Below are positions 60,766-64,000 of a stretch of 64,000 nt of DNA, one piece after another. The position numbers were made by a program, and so were the translations under genes. The notes under the pieces were generated by a model. That model was not told where the DNA came from. It was given only the letters and a program-made list of their open reading frames with translations, and did no database searches. Origin of the DNA: Bacteroidota bacterium (GTDB lineage Bacteria > Bacteroidota > Bacteroidia > JABEUT01); NCBI GenBank assembly GCA_021823405.1, contig JAKAOA010000002.1:12434-76433 (forward strand). The letters are read 5' to 3'. Position 1 is the stretch's first letter; each line of letters starts with the position of its first letter.

Positions 60766-62184
60766 CTATTTTAGTTTTTGGTAGTCGTTTTGTACCGTTT
60801 CTTTATGCAGGTGTGCCGTATAGCGTTCCTTATTTTCCGTAGTGTTTTTAAGCAATGAACTGATATTACCCTTTACTGCCCTGCCATCTTTATCAGAGTT
60901 AAGCCACTTGCCAATTTCCTTGTTCAGTTTATATTTTGTCTGCAAATGGTTTTTCTCTAAATGCTTTAAAAAGCCCAAATAATCAAACATTGCTATACAG
61001 TAAGGTAGTTCATTTGAGCTTATCAATTCTACCAACTTTTCTTTATTTTCTGCCGTTAATTGCTTGACCATTGGTAAATCAAAGAAGCCATATTTACCAA
61101 ATACAATCTTTAATTTATCCGCTTTCGTTTCTGTTTGCTTGGGCGGTGCGGGTTTTAATATGGGAATAAGTTCATCAATAAACCTTTTTTCATCAGCATA
61201 CCATTTCTTTAACATTTTCCTGTATCGGTGTTCCTCATTGGGTGAACTATTTTTATACCCTTGTTGAAGTTCCAATTTCCTATTGTTTATTATGAGTTCC
61301 AGTTTGATTTTATTTGCATCCGTAATAAGCCCCTTTTCGTATAATTTCAACCCGTTTATCTGCGTTAAAAGATTATCAGTTAAGCTTATTAATGCTTCAA
61401 ATAGGCTGCCTTTTGTATGCAGCTTTGCTTTTGCAAATCCACTATACTTGTTTACCTCTGGCACACTGTTCAATATAGGTAATTGATTTTCAAAATGCTG
61501 TTTAAGGGGGCTGAAAAAGCTTAATTCAAAGGGGAATATCCTAAGCCAGTCCTGATAAACCTTGTATAAAACATTCAAATCAGTTGATGTTGCAGTCGGT
61601 TCTGAAATATCTATTCTATGTGGTAGCTCGCTTTGAAATAGCGTCTTTGAAGGCTGATTGGCCTCTGTTACGGTTTCTTCTGTGATAGAGTACTTGTCAA
61701 TAAATTCAGTCAATTTTTTCACTTTAGACAATTCACCCTGAGTTAAGTCGCCTTTGGGCTTTTTAATAAGCTTTTTTACTTTATCTAAATACAAGTGCAG
61801 CCCTACGGCTGGCTGCCCAAAACTTGTAACATTATACTCAATATAGTCCGTTATTTCTTTATACCAATTAGGTGAATCTATCTGTTTAGAAATATGGTAT
61901 TCAGTATATGAAAGCTGCTTAATAATCTTGTCAGCAATACCATTATAGTTATCTTTCAGAAACCACCACTTACCATCGTATTCTTTATGTATTGCGCAGC
62001 AATTTGGGAATTTCTCAAACCATTTTACTGCCTCATCATAAACGCCTTTATGAAACGGACAGCAATTAGGTAACTGCTCTTTTGTTTCGGGATTGGCGGG
62101 GGGTTCATAACCTGCGGGAGGCTTTACCTCAAATGCTTGAATAAAAAAGTTTGCAGCATCAATTTCAACAAAGGGTTTGTCCAT
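60766..62184 (-). CDS. Hypothetical 472-aa element protein with Cys/His cluster CCPFHKG...CCAIHKEY
   Basis: ORF between int and xis. No recognised domain. Confidence 0.4.
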   Translation of the reverse strand: MDKPFVEIDAANFFIQAFEVKPPAGYEPPANPETKEQLPNCCPFHKGVYDEAVKWFEKFPNCCAIHKEYDGKWWFLKDNYNGIADKIIKQLSYTEYHISKQIDSPNWYKEITDYIEYNVTSFGQPAVGLHLYLDKVKKLIKKPKGDLTQGELSKVKKLTEFIDKYSITEETVTEANQPSKTLFQSELPHRIDISEPTATSTDLNVLYKVYQDWLRIFPFELSFFSPLKQHFENQLPILNSVPEVNKYSGFAKAKLHTKGSLFEALISLTDNLLTQINGLKLYEKGLITDANKIKLELIINNRKLELQQGYKNSSPNEEHRYRKMLKKWYADEKRFIDELIPILKPAPPKQTETKADKLKIVFGKYGFFDLPMVKQLTAENKEKLVELISSNELPYCIAMFDYLGFLKHLEKNHLQTKYKLNKEIGKWLNSDKDGRAVKGNISSLLKNTTENKERYTAHLHKETVQNDYQKLK

Positions 62185-62195
62185 TGCAATGTTCT

Positions 62196-63311
62196 TTACA
62201 AGTCCAGTTTTATTTTATCAGCCGCTTCCCGTTTCGTTTGGTCAATAATCTTAGCGTAAATCATAGTTGTTTTTAGTTCACGGTGTCCCAGTAATTTTGA
62301 TACCGTAAATATATCAGTTCCCTTACTAAGCTGTAATGTTGCGTAGGTGTGCCTAAAGCTATGAAAGGTTATATTTTTTGTAATGCCCGCTTTAAGTACC
62401 CAGCGTTTTAAATGAAAATTCATAAATGCAGAGTATTGTAGCCCCTCAAAAACGCTTTCATCAGGTAGCCCAGGTTTGCCCAATATATTATACGCCTGTT
62501 CTGAAATTGGTAATACCTCAACCCCCTTTGTTTTCTTTTGCCTGAAACGCAAATAATAACCTTCGGCCTTGCTATGCTGTACCTCTGCCCAAGTAAGCTT
62601 TTGAATATCTGAAAATCTTAACCCTGTAAGCGAAGCAAATAAGGCGGCCTGTTTAAGTAATGGTAAACTACATTCGGTTTTTGCCAAAGTGTTCAATTCT
62701 TCCATTGTAAGAAACTGTCTTTCAGTTTCAGCCTCCTTTATTCTTTCGACTTTTGCACTAATATCAGATTTTATCCGCCCGTCTTTGTAGGCTTGCTTTA
62801 AAGCCGCTTTTAATTTGTTAAAGTATGAAAAGGCCGTATTCTGCGATATAGGTAGCTTACTTCTTATTCGTGGTTCTTTTAGAAGGTATGCTTTGAAGTC
62901 ATTGCAGAATTTCGGGGTAATGTCTGTAAACCGTATAGTACCCCCGCTAAATTCTTTTAAGTAATGCAGGGCGCAAAGCCATATTTCACGGTTTCGCTGG
63001 TTATGTTTATCAGCTAATTCTTTAAAGTAGTCAACAAAATTAGCGTTAAGGTCATTCGTAGAAAGAAACCCATACTGACCGTTTTGAATTTCAATTTGTC
63101 GGGTTGCCCGTATATTTTCTGCAAGGGCTTTTGTATCTATGTTATGCTGTTTGTCAAAGGGTGTCTTTGGCTTATCATACAAATGAAGCCCTAAAAACTC
63201 CCTTCGTGTAAGTTCTCCCGTGTCAGGATGAGTTATAGGTGGGTAGAAATCTAAATACAGGCTTTTACGGTTGCCTGAAATGTCTTTTGTTCTTAGTTTA
63301 ACTTTTGTCAT
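62196..63311 (-). CDS. int: Tyrosine site-specific integrase (phage-integrase family)
   Basis: C-terminal catalytic region HSFRHTYATLQLSKGTDIFTVSKLLGHRELKTTMIYAKI (H-x-x-R ... Y). Confidence 0.9.
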   Translation of the reverse strand: MTKVKLRTKDISGNRKSLYLDFYPPITHPDTGELTRREFLGLHLYDKPKTPFDKQHNIDTKALAENIRATRQIEIQNGQYGFLSTNDLNANFVDYFKELADKHNQRNREIWLCALHYLKEFSGGTIRFTDITPKFCNDFKAYLLKEPRIRSKLPISQNTAFSYFNKLKAALKQAYKDGRIKSDISAKVERIKEAETERQFLTMEELNTLAKTECSLPLLKQAALFASLTGLRFSDIQKLTWAEVQHSKAEGYYLRFRQKKTKGVEVLPISEQAYNILGKPGLPDESVFEGLQYSAFMNFHLKRWVLKAGITKNITFHSFRHTYATLQLSKGTDIFTVSKLLGHRELKTTMIYAKIIDQTKREAADKIKLDL

Positions 63312-63329
63312 GGCTTAAAGTGTTATTGA

Positions 63330-63379
63330 GGTACAAACGAGGTACAAAAAATAATTATGAGGTACAAATAGGGTACAAA
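63330..63379. repeat. Four GGTACAAA arm-type direct repeats immediately upstream of int (right arm)
   Basis: GGTACAAA at 63330, 63341, 63361 and 63372. Confidence 0.65.
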
Positions 63380-63435
63380 AGTAAACAAAATAAGCAACTA
63401 TTGGAACAAAACAGGTATTAAATATGAGCAATAAA

Positions 63436-63458
63436 AAAGCCCTCTATTAAAGGGCTTT
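63436..63458 (-). terminator. Intrinsic terminator of secA (stem AAAGCCCT / AGGGCTTT, loop CTATTAA, then TTTTTTAT on the minus strand). Copy 3, the variant hairpin.
   Basis: Located 45-70 bp downstream of the secA stop. Confidence 0.65.
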
Positions 63459-63500
63459 ATTGGGGTTTACTATAAAATTAGTATAAAACTACTTTGTGTT

Positions 63501-63517
63501 AGTTACTTACCGTGGCA
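63501..63517. repeat. attR core: 17-bp direct repeat overlapping the secA stop codon
   Basis: Identical to 56844-56860. Confidence 0.7.
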
Positions 63518-64000
63518 GTTCTTATATTTTTTCCCCGAGCCGCATGGGCAAGGGTCGTTGCGCCCCACTTTTTTTTCGGCTTTTGCCGGCTGCTGTTGTT
63601 TCGGCGAAGCGCCCGGAGCGCCGCCTGACTGTTCGTCGCCGGTGCGGTTGGTTTGCAGTTCGGGTTCTAATTCCCTTGTCCTTACTTCCTGAACAGATTG
63701 AGGCGCCTGCGAGAAAACGGCATTTTTCAGCAGAAAGGAAGCCATGTTTTTATTCATCCTCACCAGCATCTGGCTGAACAGGTTGAAGGACTCAAACTTA
63801 TATACCAGCAAGGGGTCCTTCTGTTCGTACACTGCATTTTGAACCGACTGTCTCAAGTCGTCCATCTCCCTAAGGTGTTCCTTCCACTCGTCGTCCATCA
63901 CGGCGAGGATGACCGTTTTTTCAAGTTCCTTAATAACCTCTTTTCCTTTACTTGCGAACGATGTTTCGATGTTTGCCATCACAGGTATCACGCGCAGCCC
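63503..64000 (-). CDS. secA: Preprotein translocase SecA, C-terminal part (gene continues beyond the window)
   Basis: C-terminal zinc-binding tail ...[19 protein letters not shown]. The frame is open to the window edge; the track start at 63991 is an internal GTG. Confidence 0.85.
   Translation of the reverse strand, partial: GLRVIPVMANIETSFASKGKEVIKELEKTVILAVMDDEWKEHLREMDDLRQSVQNAVYEQKDPLLVYKFESFNLFSQMLVRMNKNMASFLLKNAVFSQAPQSVQEVRTRELEPELQTNRTGDEQSGGAPGASPKQQQPAKAEKKVGRNDPCPCGSGKKYKNCHGK

Larger units (their letters stand above)
56844..63517. mobile_element. Integrative element (about 6.7 kb) inserted at the 3' end of secA. It is bounded by the 17-bp direct repeats AGTTACTTACCGTGGCA and carries int, a xis-like HTH gene, an HUH Rep, R-M genes and an NTPase.
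   Basis: Direct repeats at 56844-56860 and 63501-63517. GGTACAAA arm-type repeats at both ends. Tyrosine integrase adjacent to the right end. AT-rich relative to the flanks. Confidence 0.75.

Noticed and set aside
56844-63517. Possibility that the element is an integrated microvirus (ssDNA phage) because of the HUH Rep
   Set aside because: No ORF is long enough or jelly-roll-like to be a major capsid protein. The cargo is R-M and NTPase genes plus int/xis, which is a plasmid-like or integrative-element gene content.
1-64000. CRISPR arrays, rRNA or tRNA genes
   Set aside because: None seen. There are no regularly spaced short direct repeats or rRNA-like conserved stretches.

Overview
This is a Bacteroidota chromosomal segment. 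T9SS C-terminal sorting domains, Bacteroidetes-type TAnnTTTG -7 promoter boxes and gldE-ssb adjacency support the phylum call. GC is moderate.

Positions 1-53.4 kb are mostly core genes:
- A respiratory operon: alternative complex III actB(partial)-C-D-E-F followed by aa3-type cytochrome c oxidase subunits II and I.
- Two T9SS cargo proteins.
- A tandem pair of TlpA-like thiol-disulfide oxidoreductases with an outer-membrane beta-barrel and a lipoprotein.
- hppD-hmgA (tyrosine catabolism), an SDR oxidoreductase, panC, and a 2-oxoacid dehydrogenase E2 coupled to an OmpA/TolB-like gene.
- An alpha/beta hydrolase, a lutA-like Fe-S protein, a MORN/YwqK protein, gldE-like plus ssb, rlmN, a PorV/Q-like outer-membrane protein, folE and argH.
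- An OmpR/histidine-kinase pair, a sterol-desaturase-family protein and a TonB-dependent receptor.
- rplL-rpoB-rpoC (with no adjacent rplJ), then wecB and a GT4 glycosyltransferase.

The last ~10.5 kb (about 53.4-63.5 kb) is a visibly AT-richer accessory island inserted at the 3' end of secA (partial, minus strand, at the window edge). It has two parts:
- A tandem array of secreted MORN/YwqK-family cassette genes whose signal-peptide-coding 5' ends are nucleotide-identical. It is bounded by duplicated copies of the secA terminator hairpin.
- A roughly 6.7 kb integrative element (56844-63517). It is flanked by 17-bp direct repeats that reconstitute the secA stop codon, with GGTACAAA arm-type repeats at both ends. 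It carries a tyrosine integrase, an excisionase-like HTH protein, an HUH/YxxK rolling-circle Rep, an SPPY (N4C-type) methyltransferase with a candidate restriction endonuclease, and a frameshifted P-loop NTPase.

Two dispersed small repeat families (a MITE-like element and a GGTATACC-box repeat) are also present. No rRNA, tRNA or CRISPR was found.
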